Position numbers and translations under genes: made by a program
Notes under the pieces: generated by a model
The model's database searches: none
What the model was told of the DNA's origin: nothing
What the model saw: the letters and a program-made list of their open reading frames with translations, nothing else
NCBI GenBank assembly: GCA_963663165.1
Contig: OY760175.1
Span: forward strand, 448,001 to 512,000
Source of the DNA: an uncultured Desulfospira sp.
Lineage (GTDB): Bacteria; Desulfobacterota; Desulfobacteria; Desulfobacterales; Desulfobacteraceae
Direction: 5' to 3'
DNA: 64,000 nt
Part shown: piece after piece, positions 1 to 9,518 of the stretch
Layout: each line of letters starts with the position of its first letter
Numbering within the stretch: the first letter of the stretch is position 1

Positions 1-181
1 TAAATTTATGTCCAAGCCGGTGGATATGGAAACCCTGATTGAGACCATTCGTGCGGCAGCTGCCAGCAGAAGTGACAGGGACAGCAGCAGCGTCCTCACC
101 CAGGAGGGAGAGCCCGCAAAACAGGGGGCGGTTTCCAGGTTATACAAGCGGTTTAAGGGGCTCTACGGCGTTGAAAAATAG
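1..181 (+). CDS. C-terminal fragment of a probable response regulator (receiver domain), truncated by the window start
   Basis: Frame 2 reads KFMSKPVDMETLIETIRAAA...GVEK* with TAG at 179-181. The KP + helix pattern is typical of the end of a receiver domain. Confidence 0.55.
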   Translation, partial: KFMSKPVDMETLIETIRAAAASRSDRDSSSVLTQEGEPAKQGAVSRLYKRFKGLYGVEK

Positions 182-261
182 AATCTGCATTACAAAGAAC
201 CGGGTACAGGGCATTGTTTCCGGTTTTCATCTCATACTGATTGTCCAAAAGGAGTGATACT

Positions 262-816
262 GTGAGTGATTTAAAACAATCCCTTTCATCCCACAGCCGG
301 TCCGAAGACACCTCTGCCTCTCAATTCTCTCTTCCTTCGTTTCTGATTACCTTTGTTCTCATGTTTATCACCTGGCTGATTCTGTCCGGTAATTTTTCAG
401 GCCTGCTCATCGGCCTGGGCCTGTTTTCCAGCGCCCTGGTGGCCTGGTTTTTCCACGATCTGTTGTTTCCTTCCTTCACGGCCGGCCATTTCAGGATTTT
501 TTTAAAATTCCTGGCCTACATCCCCTGGCTGATTCTTGAAATCATAAAGGCCAATTTCCACCTGCTCTTTTTAGTGTTCCATCCCAAGATGAAAGACTTG
601 ATTGACCCTCATGTTGTTACCTTTCACACCCATTTAAAATCTGACCTTGCCATTACCACCCTGGCCAACTCCATTACCCTGACCCCGGGCACCATTACCA
701 TCACCGCGGTCCGGGAGGGAACCTTCAGGGTTCATGCCATTGATAAGCCGTCTGCGGATGCCCTGCCCGGGGCCATGCTGGAAAAGTCGGCTGATATTTT
801 TGGGGAAAATATATGA
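262..816 (+). CDS. mnhE: Na+/H+ antiporter subunit E (MnhE/MrpE)
   Basis: Contains the LANSITLTPGTIT motif. Likely GTG start at 262 after AAGGAG (ORF track starts at 241). Confidence 0.9.
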   Translation: MSDLKQSLSSHSRSEDTSASQFSLPSFLITFVLMFITWLILSGNFSGLLIGLGLFSSALVAWFFHDLLFPSFTAGHFRIFLKFLAYIPWLILEIIKANFHLLFLVFHPKMKDLIDPHVVTFHTHLKSDLAITTLANSITLTPGTITITAVREGTFRVHAIDKPSADALPGAMLEKSADIFGENI

Positions 817-1100
817 ATGTATTTTTGTTGTGCATTGCATTGGGGCTCTGCCTTCTGATGCTGTTGTCCATGTTCCGCTGCCTTTTCGGGCCAACGGTTC
901 TGGACCGGCTCATCGGTGTGAACGCCATTGGCTCTAAAACCGTTATCCTGCTGCTGCTCATCGGCTTTCTTTACGAACGGATAGATATGTTTGTGGACAT
1001 TGCCCTGGCCTATGCGTTTTTGAACTTTGTGGCCGTGCTGACGGCATCGCGCTACTTCCACAAACGCAAGGGGCTTTATGAGGAATCCTTTAACGAATAA
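813..1100 (+). CDS. mnhF: Na+/H+ antiporter subunit F (MnhF/MrpF)
   Basis: GPTVLDRLI motif, three hydrophobic helices, ATGA overlap with mnhE. Confidence 0.9.
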   Translation: MNVFLLCIALGLCLLMLLSMFRCLFGPTVLDRLIGVNAIGSKTVILLLLIGFLYERIDMFVDIALAYAFLNFVAVLTASRYFHKRKGLYEESFNE

Positions 1101-1180
1101 GAACGGGAGACCGGAAAATCGGGAAAGCCAATACCAAAGGATAAACCGGCTAACAGCTAAAAGCTAAAATAAGGATACCT

Positions 1181-1546
1181 ATGGGGATTATATTAAACGT
1201 GCTGGCCATCTTTTTTCTGACCACCGGCCTGATCTTTTTCTTAGGCGGGGCCATCGGGATCTTGAGAATGCCGGATTTTTATTCAAGACTCCATCCTGCC
1301 GGGAAACTGGACACCCTTGGGATCATGTCCATGGTGATCGGCCTTGTCTTTTTTAACCTTCACCACTTAAGTCTTGCCTCAGTGCTGATCTGCATCAAAA
1401 TGCTGCTCATCGTCTTTTTTGTCTTTATGTCCAGCCCTACGGCCACCCATTCCATTGTTGACGCGGGCATGCGGGCCGGCCTTCGCCCCTGGGTAAAGAA
1501 AAAAGGCGCAGACCAGATGCCGGAAAGGACCATTGAAAAGGAATAA
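1181..1546 (+). CDS. mnhG: Na+/H+ antiporter subunit G (MnhG/MrpG)
   Basis: GILRMPDFYSRLHPAGKLDTLG and SPTATH motifs. Confidence 0.9.
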   Translation: MGIILNVLAIFFLTTGLIFFLGGAIGILRMPDFYSRLHPAGKLDTLGIMSMVIGLVFFNLHHLSLASVLICIKMLLIVFFVFMSSPTATHSIVDAGMRAGLRPWVKKKGADQMPERTIEKE

Positions 1547-1548
1547 GC

Positions 1549-1794
1549 ATGTATTTTCCCATTGATCTGATCATTTTAACCTTTGTCATCTTTTGTGCCA
1601 TTGCCGCCATCACGGTCAGGGACCTTTTGGGGACGGCCATTTTATTCGGGGCCTATTCCTTTATGATGTGTCTGCTGTGGGCGGTGATGGGTGCCGTAGA
1701 CGTGGCCTTTACCGAAGCCTCGGTGGGGGCCGGTGTCAGTACGGTGTTCTTTGTTGCCGCAGTATTTAGAACCAGCAGGAGGACCAAAGATTGA
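1549..1794 (+). CDS. Small Mrp subunit, DUF4040/MbhD-like (B-related)
   Basis: AVDVAFTEASVGAG motif; 81-aa membrane protein inside the operon. Confidence 0.85.
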   Translation: MYFPIDLIILTFVIFCAIAAITVRDLLGTAILFGAYSFMMCLLWAVMGAVDVAFTEASVGAGVSTVFFVAAVFRTSRRTKD

Positions 1795-2609
1795 AGCTAT
1801 TTGCCTTTATTGTTGTCTGCCTGACCGGCGCCTTTTTGCTTTACGGTACCGGAGAGCTTCCCGACTGGGGTGATCCCCATTCCCCGGCATCCCTTCACCT
1901 GTCCAACTACTATATTGAAAAGGCGGTGGAAGAAACCGATGTGCCCAACCTGGTGACGGCTGTGCTGGCCGATTACAGGGGGTTTGACACCATGTTTGAA
2001 ACCGCTGTGGTGTTTTGTGCGGGCCTGGCCTGTTTTCTGCTGCTTCGGGACTTTCGCCCTAAACAGGACCATTATTACCGGCATGTCCCGTCCGGGGTGG
2101 TGCTTCATGTCAAGAACCCGGATAAAGAGATCCGGGTCGGCCGGGAATTTGAAGATATGGACAGGGACTGGGTCCCTTCGGATATTATTATCAAAACGGT
2201 ATGCCGGATTCTCATCCCCTTTATCCAGATTTATGCCCTTTATGTGGTGGCCCATGGCGATTTTTCCCCGGGGGGCGGGTTCCAGGGGGGCGTTATTTTC
2301 GGCTCTAGCCTGATTCTGATCGCCATTGCCTATAATTTAAAAACGTTGATGAAACGGATCAGCGAAAAATTTTTAGGGGTGTTTTCTGCCATCGGGGTGT
2401 TGATCTATGTGGGGATCGGGGCACTGGCCATGTTCATGGGCGGCCATTTTTTAGATTACGGCAAGCTTGAACCCATTTTAGGGCATCACCATGTCAGGGC
2501 CTTAGGGATGCTCGGGGTTGAAATCGGCGTGGGCATCGCCGTCACCATGGTGATGGTCATCATTTACATTAACATCGTCTCAGAAGGCCGACACGACGAA
2601 GGATTATAG
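1791..2609 (+). CDS. mnhB: Na+/H+ antiporter subunit B (MbhE-like + MnhB domains)
   Basis: NLVTAVLADYRGFDTMFE and HGDFSPGGGFQGG motifs. Confidence 0.9.
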   Translation: MKLFAFIVVCLTGAFLLYGTGELPDWGDPHSPASLHLSNYYIEKAVEETDVPNLVTAVLADYRGFDTMFETAVVFCAGLACFLLLRDFRPKQDHYYRHVPSGVVLHVKNPDKEIRVGREFEDMDRDWVPSDIIIKTVCRILIPFIQIYALYVVAHGDFSPGGGFQGGVIFGSSLILIAIAYNLKTLMKRISEKFLGVFSAIGVLIYVGIGALAMFMGGHFLDYGKLEPILGHHHVRALGMLGVEIGVGIAVTMVMVIIYINIVSEGRHDEGL

Positions 2610-2616
2610 GAAAAAG

Positions 2617-3015
2617 ATGATGGATCTCTTACACCTGATCGTTGCCAAGTACAATTACTGGCTTTATATCGTTCTCATGATGATCGGCCTGTATGCCATG
2701 ATTGCCAAAAATAACCTGATCAAGAAACTGGTGGGCATGAATATTTTCCAGACCGCCATTATTCTGTTTTATGTGTCTATTGGCTTTAAACGGGAGGGGA
2801 CCATTCCCATTATCCAGGGGGGAGGGCACGGCAGCCATGACGCCGTGATTCACGCGGCTGATTACATCAACCCGCTTCCCCATGTACTGATGCTTACGGC
2901 CATTGTGGTCTCTGTGGCCACCTTCGGGGTAGCCATGGCCCTGTGTGTAAGGATATATCAGCGGTACCAGACCCTGGAAGAAAATGAACTTCGAATGCGC
3001 TTATCGGAAAAGTAG
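2617..3015 (+). CDS. mnhC: Na+/H+ antiporter subunit C (MnhC/MrpC)
   Basis: NLIKKLVG and NPLPHVLMLTAIVV motifs. Confidence 0.9.
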   Translation: MMDLLHLIVAKYNYWLYIVLMMIGLYAMIAKNNLIKKLVGMNIFQTAIILFYVSIGFKREGTIPIIQGGGHGSHDAVIHAADYINPLPHVLMLTAIVVSVATFGVAMALCVRIYQRYQTLEENELRMRLSEK

Positions 3016-3018
3016 ACC

Positions 3019-4503
3019 ATGAATAATTATCCAGCACTTGTTGTGATTGCCCCCCTGTTAGGGGCCTTTTTTGCGGGGATTATCACCTGGGTGGAAGACC
3101 GGTTAACCTATCCCTTTGCCCTGGCCGCTATGGGCATCAGCCTTTATTCCAGCATTCAGAACCTGTTGACGGTCCTGTCCACAGGCCCTATCCAGTACCG
3201 CATGGCCGGCTGGGCTCCGCCCATGGGAATTGAGTATAAAATTGACAGCCTGAACGGCATGGTCATGGTGCTGGTGGCCGCCATCCTGTTTTTAAACCTG
3301 GTGGCCAGCTACCGGAACATTCAAAAGGATACCCCGGACAGAAGCGGGGCCTTTTTTGTAATGTACCTGCTGTTTGCCGTGGGCCTTTTGGGGGTCACGG
3401 CCACAGGGGATTTGTTCAACCTTTATGTCCTCATTGAGATCACCTCTTTGAGTTCCTATACCATGATTGCCTTAGGGGACAGGGACCGGGGGGCCATTGC
3501 CAGCCTGAACTATATTTTTATCGGGGTGATCGGGGCCTCTTTTTATCTGCTGGGGGTGGGATACATCTACATTAAAACCGGCTCCCTCAACATGCTGGAT
3601 GTGGCCCATATCCTTGACACCATTGAAGGCTCTTCCACGGTGCTGGTGGCCTTTTTGCTGTGCATGATCGGGGTCTGGATCAAGATGGCCCTGTTCCCGC
3701 TGCATGTCTGGCTGCCCAATGCCTATTCCAGCGCACCCATGGGGTTTGCAAGGGTGGTGGCGCCCTTGATGACCAAGGTCATGGTCTATGCCATGGTCAG
3801 GCTCATGGTCACGGTGTTCGGGTTTGACTATATTTTTGAGCAGCTTCATCTTTCCGATGCTGTGGTCTGGCTGGGCACCATCGCCATTCTGGCCGGCGGG
3901 GTCATTGCCCTGGCCCAGAACAACTTAAAAAGGATGCTCACCTTTATCATTGTCTGTGAGATCGGATACATGGTGGGCGGGGCATGGCTCGGCAATACCT
4001 TAGGGATGACCGGGACCATCCTTCATATTGTCAACGATGCCGCCATGACCTTTGCCCTGTTCCTGGCCGTGGGCAACATGGTCTACAAACTGGACCGGGT
4101 GAACCTTCAAGACCTTCAGGGGCTGTTCGGCAAAATGCCCTGGACCATGACCGGTTTTGTCCTGGCCGCCTTCAGCATTATCGGGGTGCCGCCCACTTGC
4201 GGGTTCTTCTCAAAATGGTACCTGATCCTGGGCGCCTTTGAGGCCGGGGCCTACCATTTTGCCGCGGCACTGCTGATCTCTTCACTGATCTGTGCGGTGC
4301 TTTTTTTCAGGGTGTTTGAGGTCTGCTTTTTTGAGCCGGAATCATCAGGAGACCACGGCCACGGCCACCACGAAGCCGTGGCCATGGATGAGGCCCCGGT
4401 GTCTTCCCTTGCGGTTCTCGGTATTGTCAGTGTGGCGCTGGTGGGGCTTGGCATCTTTTCAAGATCCATTGTGGACCAGGTGATCCTTCCCTTTTTACAA
4501 TAA
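3019..4503 (+). CDS. mnhD: Monovalent cation/H+ antiporter subunit D family (proton-conducting membrane transporter)
   Basis: GDLFNLYVLIE, KMALFPLHVWLPNAY and GVPPTCGFFSKW motifs. Confidence 0.9.
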   Translation: MNNYPALVVIAPLLGAFFAGIITWVEDRLTYPFALAAMGISLYSSIQNLLTVLSTGPIQYRMAGWAPPMGIEYKIDSLNGMVMVLVAAILFLNLVASYRNIQKDTPDRSGAFFVMYLLFAVGLLGVTATGDLFNLYVLIEITSLSSYTMIALGDRDRGAIASLNYIFIGVIGASFYLLGVGYIYIKTGSLNMLDVAHILDTIEGSSTVLVAFLLCMIGVWIKMALFPLHVWLPNAYSSAPMGFARVVAPLMTKVMVYAMVRLMVTVFGFDYIFEQLHLSDAVVWLGTIAILAGGVIALAQNNLKRMLTFIIVCEIGYMVGGAWLGNTLGMTGTILHIVNDAAMTFALFLAVGNMVYKLDRVNLQDLQGLFGKMPWTMTGFVLAAFSIIGVPPTCGFFSKWYLILGAFEAGAYHFAAALLISSLICAVLFFRVFEVCFFEPESSGDHGHGHHEAVAMDEAPVSSLAVLGIVSVALVGLGIFSRSIVDQVILPFLQ

Positions 4504-4530
4504 TGGTTTAAACACAAGGCAAAGGAATAA

Positions 4531-6012
4531 ATGGAACTGATACCTTCAATTAGACCCTTTCTGGCGGTGATGGTTACCCTGGCTGTGATTCCGGTTCTGG
4601 TTTCTTCTTCAGACAAACCCAATGTTCGGGAGGGCTGGACATTTATTGCCGGGTCCATAAAATTTTTGATCGTACTGTCCATGCTGCCGGCCATTCTTTC
4701 CGGCAACCAGATCGTCTTTACGTTGTTCAAGGTGGCCCCGGGGGCGGATATTGCCTTCAGGGTGGACGCCTTAGGGATGTTGTTCGGCCTTGTGGCCTCA
4801 TCCTTGTACATTGTGACGTCCATGTACTCCATCGGGTACATGCGGGGGCTTGACGAACACGGCCAGACCCGGTTTGTCTCCTTTTTTGCCCTGGCGTTGT
4901 CCGCCACCATCGGGGCGGCCTTTTCCGCCAACCTGCTGACCCTGTATCTGTTTTACGAGATTTTATCTTTGGCCACTTATCCGCTGGTCACCCATCATCA
5001 GGACAGGTTGTCCCGGGTGTCCGGCCGGCGGTATTTAACCTTTATTTTAGGCACCTCCATCGGCCTGGTCCTGCCGGCCATGATCTGGTGCTACCATGTG
5101 ACCGGAACCCTGGAATTTGCCCCCGGCGGTATCTTTTCAGGCCAGCTGGCCAAGCCCCAGGCCATGGTGCTGCTGCTCATGTTTGTGTTCGGCTTTGCCA
5201 AGGCCGGGATCATGCCCTTTCACTCCTGGCTGCCCGCGGCCATGGTGGCGCCCACACCGGTATCTGCCCTGCTTCATGCCGTGGCCGTGGTAAAGGTCGG
5301 GGTGTTTTCCATCGTCCGGGTAATCACGGGAATTTTTGGGATTGAACTGCTGTCATCCCTTAGCTTAGGGGCGGTGGTGGCCGGCATTGCATCGGTGACC
5401 ATTCTGGTTAGCTCTGCCATTGCCCTGTCCCAGGATGAATTTAAACGGCGGCTGGCGTATTCAACCATTGGCCAGCTGTCCTATATTGTTCTTGGTGCCG
5501 CCCTGCTCAGCCCCAAAGGGGTGACCGGCGGACTGCTTCACATTGCCATGCACGCCTTTGGCAAAATTACCCTGTTTTTTTGCGCCGGCGCCATTTTTGT
5601 GACCACCGGTGAAAAATATTTAAGCCGGATGGTGGGAATCGGGTATCGCATGCCCGTGACCATGACAGCCTTTTTGATCGGGGCCATGTCCATCATCGGG
5701 CTGCCGCCCACGGGCGGTTTTATCAGTAAGTGGTACCTGGTGTTGGGTACCCTGGAAGCGGATCAGATTTTCATGCTCTTTGTATTGCTGACATCCTCCC
5801 TGCTCAATGCCGCTTATTTTATGCCCATTTTTTACAAAGCGTTTTTCTGCGCCCCTGACGAAGCCATGTTTGAGCGAAAAGTGGATGAGGCACCCGTGAT
5901 GTGCGTGGTGCCCCTGGTGATTACCGCGTTGATCTCCTTTATTCTCTTTTTTGCCCCCAAGCCTTTTCTGGATTTGGCATCCATGGCGGCCAAGGGATTT
6001 ATTGGAGGTTAG
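4531..6012 (+). CDS. Monovalent cation/H+ antiporter subunit D family protein (second paralog)
   Basis: KAGIMPFHSWLPAAMVAPTPVSALLHAVAVVK, LAYSTIGQ and GLPPTGGFISKW motifs. Confidence 0.9.
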   Translation: MELIPSIRPFLAVMVTLAVIPVLVSSSDKPNVREGWTFIAGSIKFLIVLSMLPAILSGNQIVFTLFKVAPGADIAFRVDALGMLFGLVASSLYIVTSMYSIGYMRGLDEHGQTRFVSFFALALSATIGAAFSANLLTLYLFYEILSLATYPLVTHHQDRLSRVSGRRYLTFILGTSIGLVLPAMIWCYHVTGTLEFAPGGIFSGQLAKPQAMVLLLMFVFGFAKAGIMPFHSWLPAAMVAPTPVSALLHAVAVVKVGVFSIVRVITGIFGIELLSSLSLGAVVAGIASVTILVSSAIALSQDEFKRRLAYSTIGQLSYIVLGAALLSPKGVTGGLLHIAMHAFGKITLFFCAGAIFVTTGEKYLSRMVGIGYRMPVTMTAFLIGAMSIIGLPPTGGFISKWYLVLGTLEADQIFMLFVLLTSSLLNAAYFMPIFYKAFFCAPDEAMFERKVDEAPVMCVVPLVITALISFILFFAPKPFLDLASMAAKGFIGG

Positions 6013-6019
6013 ACTGTCT

Positions 6020-6154
6020 ATGGAACAAAACGACAAAAAAGAATTAATGGAACTCAAACACGAGGCCGTGCCCGGGTACCGGCCGGTGTTTCTGGCTGTG
6101 TTTGCGGTCAGCTGCCTGTATATGGCCTATATCCTGTCCCGCCCCTGTTTTTAA
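6020..6154 (+). CDS. Small single-TM membrane protein (44 aa) of the Mrp cluster
   Basis: MEQNDKKELMELKHEAVPGYRPVFLAVFAVSCLYMAYILSRPCF, with GGAGG upstream. A paralog lies at 12513-12650. Confidence 0.7.
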   Translation: MEQNDKKELMELKHEAVPGYRPVFLAVFAVSCLYMAYILSRPCF

Positions 6155-6158
6155 TTTG

Positions 6159-6284
6159 GGGTTTGAACAAAAAATCACCCATCTGCTGTGTTGCAGAAAA
6201 AGCGGCAATCCTCACAACCCTGAAGGTTGCTCCGGTTACCACTTTCCCTGCGCCTTGCATCTGGGCCATTTTTTGCCCAAACCC
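6159..6284. repeat. ~125-bp palindromic REP/MITE-like element
   Basis: Imperfect terminal inverted repeats GGGTTTGAACAAAAAA / TTTTTTGCCCAAACCC. The internal CTGCGCCTTG(C/T)ATCT is shared with 44428-44492. Confidence 0.65.
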
Positions 6285-6335
6285 GGGGTTTGAAAGTAAA
6301 ATAAAAAGAGAAGATTAAGGAAAGTTTATATCATC

Positions 6336-6608
6336 ATGGAAAAAAAACATATGTTCGACAATCCGGAAAACGTTAAAAGACTGCTCAAGGTTTTTTTCAC
6401 TTCCGTTATCGGACTGCTGATAATTGATTTCGTTTATATGGTCCTTTCAGAAAAGCATATCATTCACCGGCATGCTGAATATGAGTGGGAAACCTTTTGG
6501 GGATTTTATTGTTTTTACGGCTTTGTGGCCTGTGTGGTCCTGGTGCTGGTGTCCAAGTACATCCTTCGGCCCCTGGTAAGGCGCAAGGAGGACTATTATG
6601 ACAACTAA
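6336..6608 (+). CDS. Small two-TM membrane protein of the Mrp cluster
   Basis: FDNPENVKRL...GFYCFYGF...RKEDYYDN. Paralog at 12245-12490; overlaps the next start codon. Confidence 0.85.
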   Translation: MEKKHMFDNPENVKRLLKVFFTSVIGLLIIDFVYMVLSEKHIIHRHAEYEWETFWGFYCFYGFVACVVLVLVSKYILRPLVRRKEDYYDN

Positions 6609-8388
6609 TACCATGCCGGCCCTGATTTTTATTCTGGGGGGCCTTCTGGTGCCCCTGTTCCGGGGCAAGGCCAAAGCTGTTTACATGATGCTGATCCCCA
6701 TCGTGGGATTTATCAATCTGATTCATCTGCCCATGGGCGACAGCCACTTTATGGTCTTTCAGGATTTCAGCCTGGTTGAGATGCATGTGGACCGGCTCAG
6801 CCTCCTGTTCGGGTATATTTTTCATATTATTGCCCTGATCACGGTGATTTATATCCTCAATTTCAAGAGCAATGCCGAGTTTGTGGCCGGGTTCTTTTAT
6901 GCGGGTGCGGCCTTGGGAACCATTTTTGCCGGGGACTTGTTCACCTTTTTTGTGTTCTGGGAATGCCTGACCATTGGATCGGTGATGCTGATCTGGTCCA
7001 GAAAAACCAAGGCGGCCCAGAGTGCCGGGTTCCGGTATCTCATGGTCCATGCCTTTGGCGGGCTGGTGCTGCTGGCCGGTATCGTGTTCCACTATTCGGG
7101 CACCGGTTCACTTGATATGGCGAAGATGGCCCTGGGCAGTTTTGCATCCTACCTGATTTTTCTGGGGATCGGCATTAACTGTGCCTGGCCGCTGATCCAT
7201 CCCTGGCTAACCGATGCTTACCCTGAGGCCACCATCGGCGGCACGGTCTTCTTAAGTGCATTTACCACCAAAACAGCCGTTTATGCCCTGGCAAGGCTTT
7301 TTCCGGGCACCGAAGCCCTGATCTGGATCGGGGTGGGCATGGCCGCCTTCCCCATCTTTTATGCGGTCATTGAAAATGATCTTCGACGGGTCCTGGCCTA
7401 CAGCCTGATCAACCAGGTCGGGTTCATGGTGGTGGGCATCGGCATCGGGACCGAGCTTGCCGTTAACGGTGCCTGCGCCCATGCCTTCAACGACATCCTG
7501 TTTAAAGGGCTGTTGTTCATGTCCATGGGGGCGGTGATGTACCGGACCGGCAAAATCAATGCCACGGATCTTGGTGGGCTTTACAAGAGCATGCCCTGGA
7601 CCTGTCTGTTCTGTTGTGTGGGGGCTGCGTCCATCTCAGCGTTTCCGCTGTTTTCAGGCTTTGTGTCCAAGTCCATGGTCATGTCTGCGGCAGCCCACGG
7701 CTCCCATGAAGCAGGCCATGGCAGCCTGGTGTTTGTCTGGCTCGTGCTGCTGTTTGCCTCGGCCGGTGTGTTCCACCATGCCGGGATCAAGATTCCGTTT
7801 TTTGCCTTTTTCGGCCATGATGCAGGCCACAGGGTTAAGGAAGCGCCTTTGAACATGCTCATTGCCATGGGGATTGCCGCATTCTTATGTATTTTTATTG
7901 GTGTTTTCCCCGGGCCTCTGTATTCAATTCTGCCCTTTCCCGTGGATTACCATCCCTATACCATTTCCCATGTGCTGACCCAGACCGAGCTGCTCTTTTT
8001 CTCGGCCCTGGCCTTTGCCTTGCTGCTTTTGGCCGGCATATACCCGGCGGAACAGCGGGCAGTGAACCTGGATTCCGACTGGTTTTACCGCAAAGGCGGC
8101 AAATGGGTGTATACCGTTCTGGCCAACACCCTCAACCCGTTAAACACCCAGTGCGATTCAGTGGTCAAAGGCGTTTTTTACGGAACCGGCCGGTTTTTCA
8201 AGGATGCGGGGATCCGGGTGGCGTTGTTTTTTTCGGTGAACTACTGGCTGGCCCGGTCCATCAGGGGAAAACAGCTGGAGTTTAAAAAAGCCCGGCTCTA
8301 TCAGGACATGATGGAAGGGACCGTGCCCATCGGCATCGGTGCCGCAGTGGCAGTTTCCTTTATTTTCCTGGTCTATATTCTAACTTAA
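6598..8388 (+). CDS. Na+/H+ antiporter subunit D-like protein (third paralog)
   Basis: HPWLTDAYPEATIGGTVFLSAFTTK and LAYSLINQVG motifs. Confidence 0.9.
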   Translation: MTTNTMPALIFILGGLLVPLFRGKAKAVYMMLIPIVGFINLIHLPMGDSHFMVFQDFSLVEMHVDRLSLLFGYIFHIIALITVIYILNFKSNAEFVAGFFYAGAALGTIFAGDLFTFFVFWECLTIGSVMLIWSRKTKAAQSAGFRYLMVHAFGGLVLLAGIVFHYSGTGSLDMAKMALGSFASYLIFLGIGINCAWPLIHPWLTDAYPEATIGGTVFLSAFTTKTAVYALARLFPGTEALIWIGVGMAAFPIFYAVIENDLRRVLAYSLINQVGFMVVGIGIGTELAVNGACAHAFNDILFKGLLFMSMGAVMYRTGKINATDLGGLYKSMPWTCLFCCVGAASISAFPLFSGFVSKSMVMSAAAHGSHEAGHGSLVFVWLVLLFASAGVFHHAGIKIPFFAFFGHDAGHRVKEAPLNMLIAMGIAAFLCIFIGVFPGPLYSILPFPVDYHPYTISHVLTQTELLFFSALAFALLLLAGIYPAEQRAVNLDSDWFYRKGGKWVYTVLANTLNPLNTQCDSVVKGVFYGTGRFFKDAGIRVALFFSVNYWLARSIRGKQLEFKKARLYQDMMEGTVPIGIGAAVAVSFIFLVYILT

Positions 8389-8399
8389 GGGAAGGCAGC

Positions 8400-8906
8400 A
8401 TGGTAAAAACAGAAGATCTCAAACGAATCAATATGCTCAAGGACGTTCCTGACCATTTGCTTGACATCATTGGCCGGGAGGCAAACCTGAATATTTTTGG
8501 GGCCAATACCCAGTTGTTTGAAATTGGGGATTCCATTGATACCTTTTATATGATGATCATGGGCCAGGTGGCCTTAAAAATGTCCCTGACCGAGGATATT
8601 GATGTCATCCTGGATAATCTCCAGGCTGGGCGCACGTTTGGATCTTCTTCCCTTATTGAAGGCTCAAAGGCGACCTATACGGCGGTATGCCAGGAACCCT
8701 GTGAAGTGATTACCTTAAGCGGGGCAAGGATGCTTGAGCTTTTTGAGATTAATAAGGAGCTGGCCTACTTTTTCATGGTAGGCGTGGCCGGCCAGTACAA
8801 ACGGAACATGGAAAGACGGGCCAGAATGATCATGGAGACCCTGGAAGATTATCCGGATCTTAAACAGGGGATCCAGGATATCAGCCATCTGACGCCGTCA
8901 TTTTAA
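8400..8906 (+). CDS. Stand-alone cyclic-nucleotide-binding (cNMP/Crp N-terminal) fold protein
   Basis: LFEIGD..FYMMIMGQV..L.AGRTFG..TYTAVC pattern; no HTH. Confidence 0.8.
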   Translation: MVKTEDLKRINMLKDVPDHLLDIIGREANLNIFGANTQLFEIGDSIDTFYMMIMGQVALKMSLTEDIDVILDNLQAGRTFGSSSLIEGSKATYTAVCQEPCEVITLSGARMLELFEINKELAYFFMVGVAGQYKRNMERRARMIMETLEDYPDLKQGIQDISHLTPSF

Positions 8907-8918
8907 TTTAGGGGATTA

Positions 8919-8992
8919 GGCTGAAGGGGATCAGGCTGAAGACGGCGGGATTTTCAGCCCTAACAGCCTTCAGTCAAAACGCCTTCAGCCTA
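8919..8992. repeat. Intergenic inverted repeat built from GGCTGAAG units
   Basis: TAGGCTGAAGG...CCTTCAGCCTA. Related units occur at ~51769-51802. Confidence 0.6.
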
Positions 8993-9012
8993 CATAAACA
9001 GGGAACATCACA

Positions 9013-9501
9013 ATGGTTGACACCACCGAACTGAGAAAAATAAATTTCATGCGGGACATGCCCCAGGAAGTCTTAGAAAAAATCAGCACCGTAGCCTGCC
9101 TTGAAGCCTTTGGCGAAGAGTCCATTCTCCTTCGCCAGGGGGACAGGCAGGAGCGGATTTTTATGCTGGTATCGGGAAAAATATACCTGAACTGCCGGGC
9201 TTCCACCGGTCTTGCCCTGACCCTGGATGAGGTGAATCCGGGTCAGTCTTTTGGTGTTTCTTCCCTTCTGGACAGTTTCCCGTCCACCTATTCAGCCATC
9301 TGCGTGACGGACAGTACCGTCATAACCCTGGATTCACAGCACTGCCTTGACCTGATCCGGTCCAACTATGACATCGGCTACCAGGTCATGAAACAGGTGG
9401 TCAAAAAATTCAAAAACCGGATGAACCGCCATACCCAGGTGTTCATGAAAGCCTTAGCGGTTCATCCGGCCATCCGGCAGCCTGAAAAAACAGGCCATTA
9501 A
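9013..9501 (+). CDS. Stand-alone cyclic-nucleotide-binding fold protein (second)
   Basis: ILLRQGD..IFMLVSGKI..PGQSFG..TYSAIC pattern; paralog of 8400-8906. Confidence 0.8.
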   Translation: MVDTTELRKINFMRDMPQEVLEKISTVACLEAFGEESILLRQGDRQERIFMLVSGKIYLNCRASTGLALTLDEVNPGQSFGVSSLLDSFPSTYSAICVTDSTVITLDSQHCLDLIRSNYDIGYQVMKQVVKKFKNRMNRHTQVFMKALAVHPAIRQPEKTGH

Positions 9502-9518
9502 CAGACGGGTGATTATCA

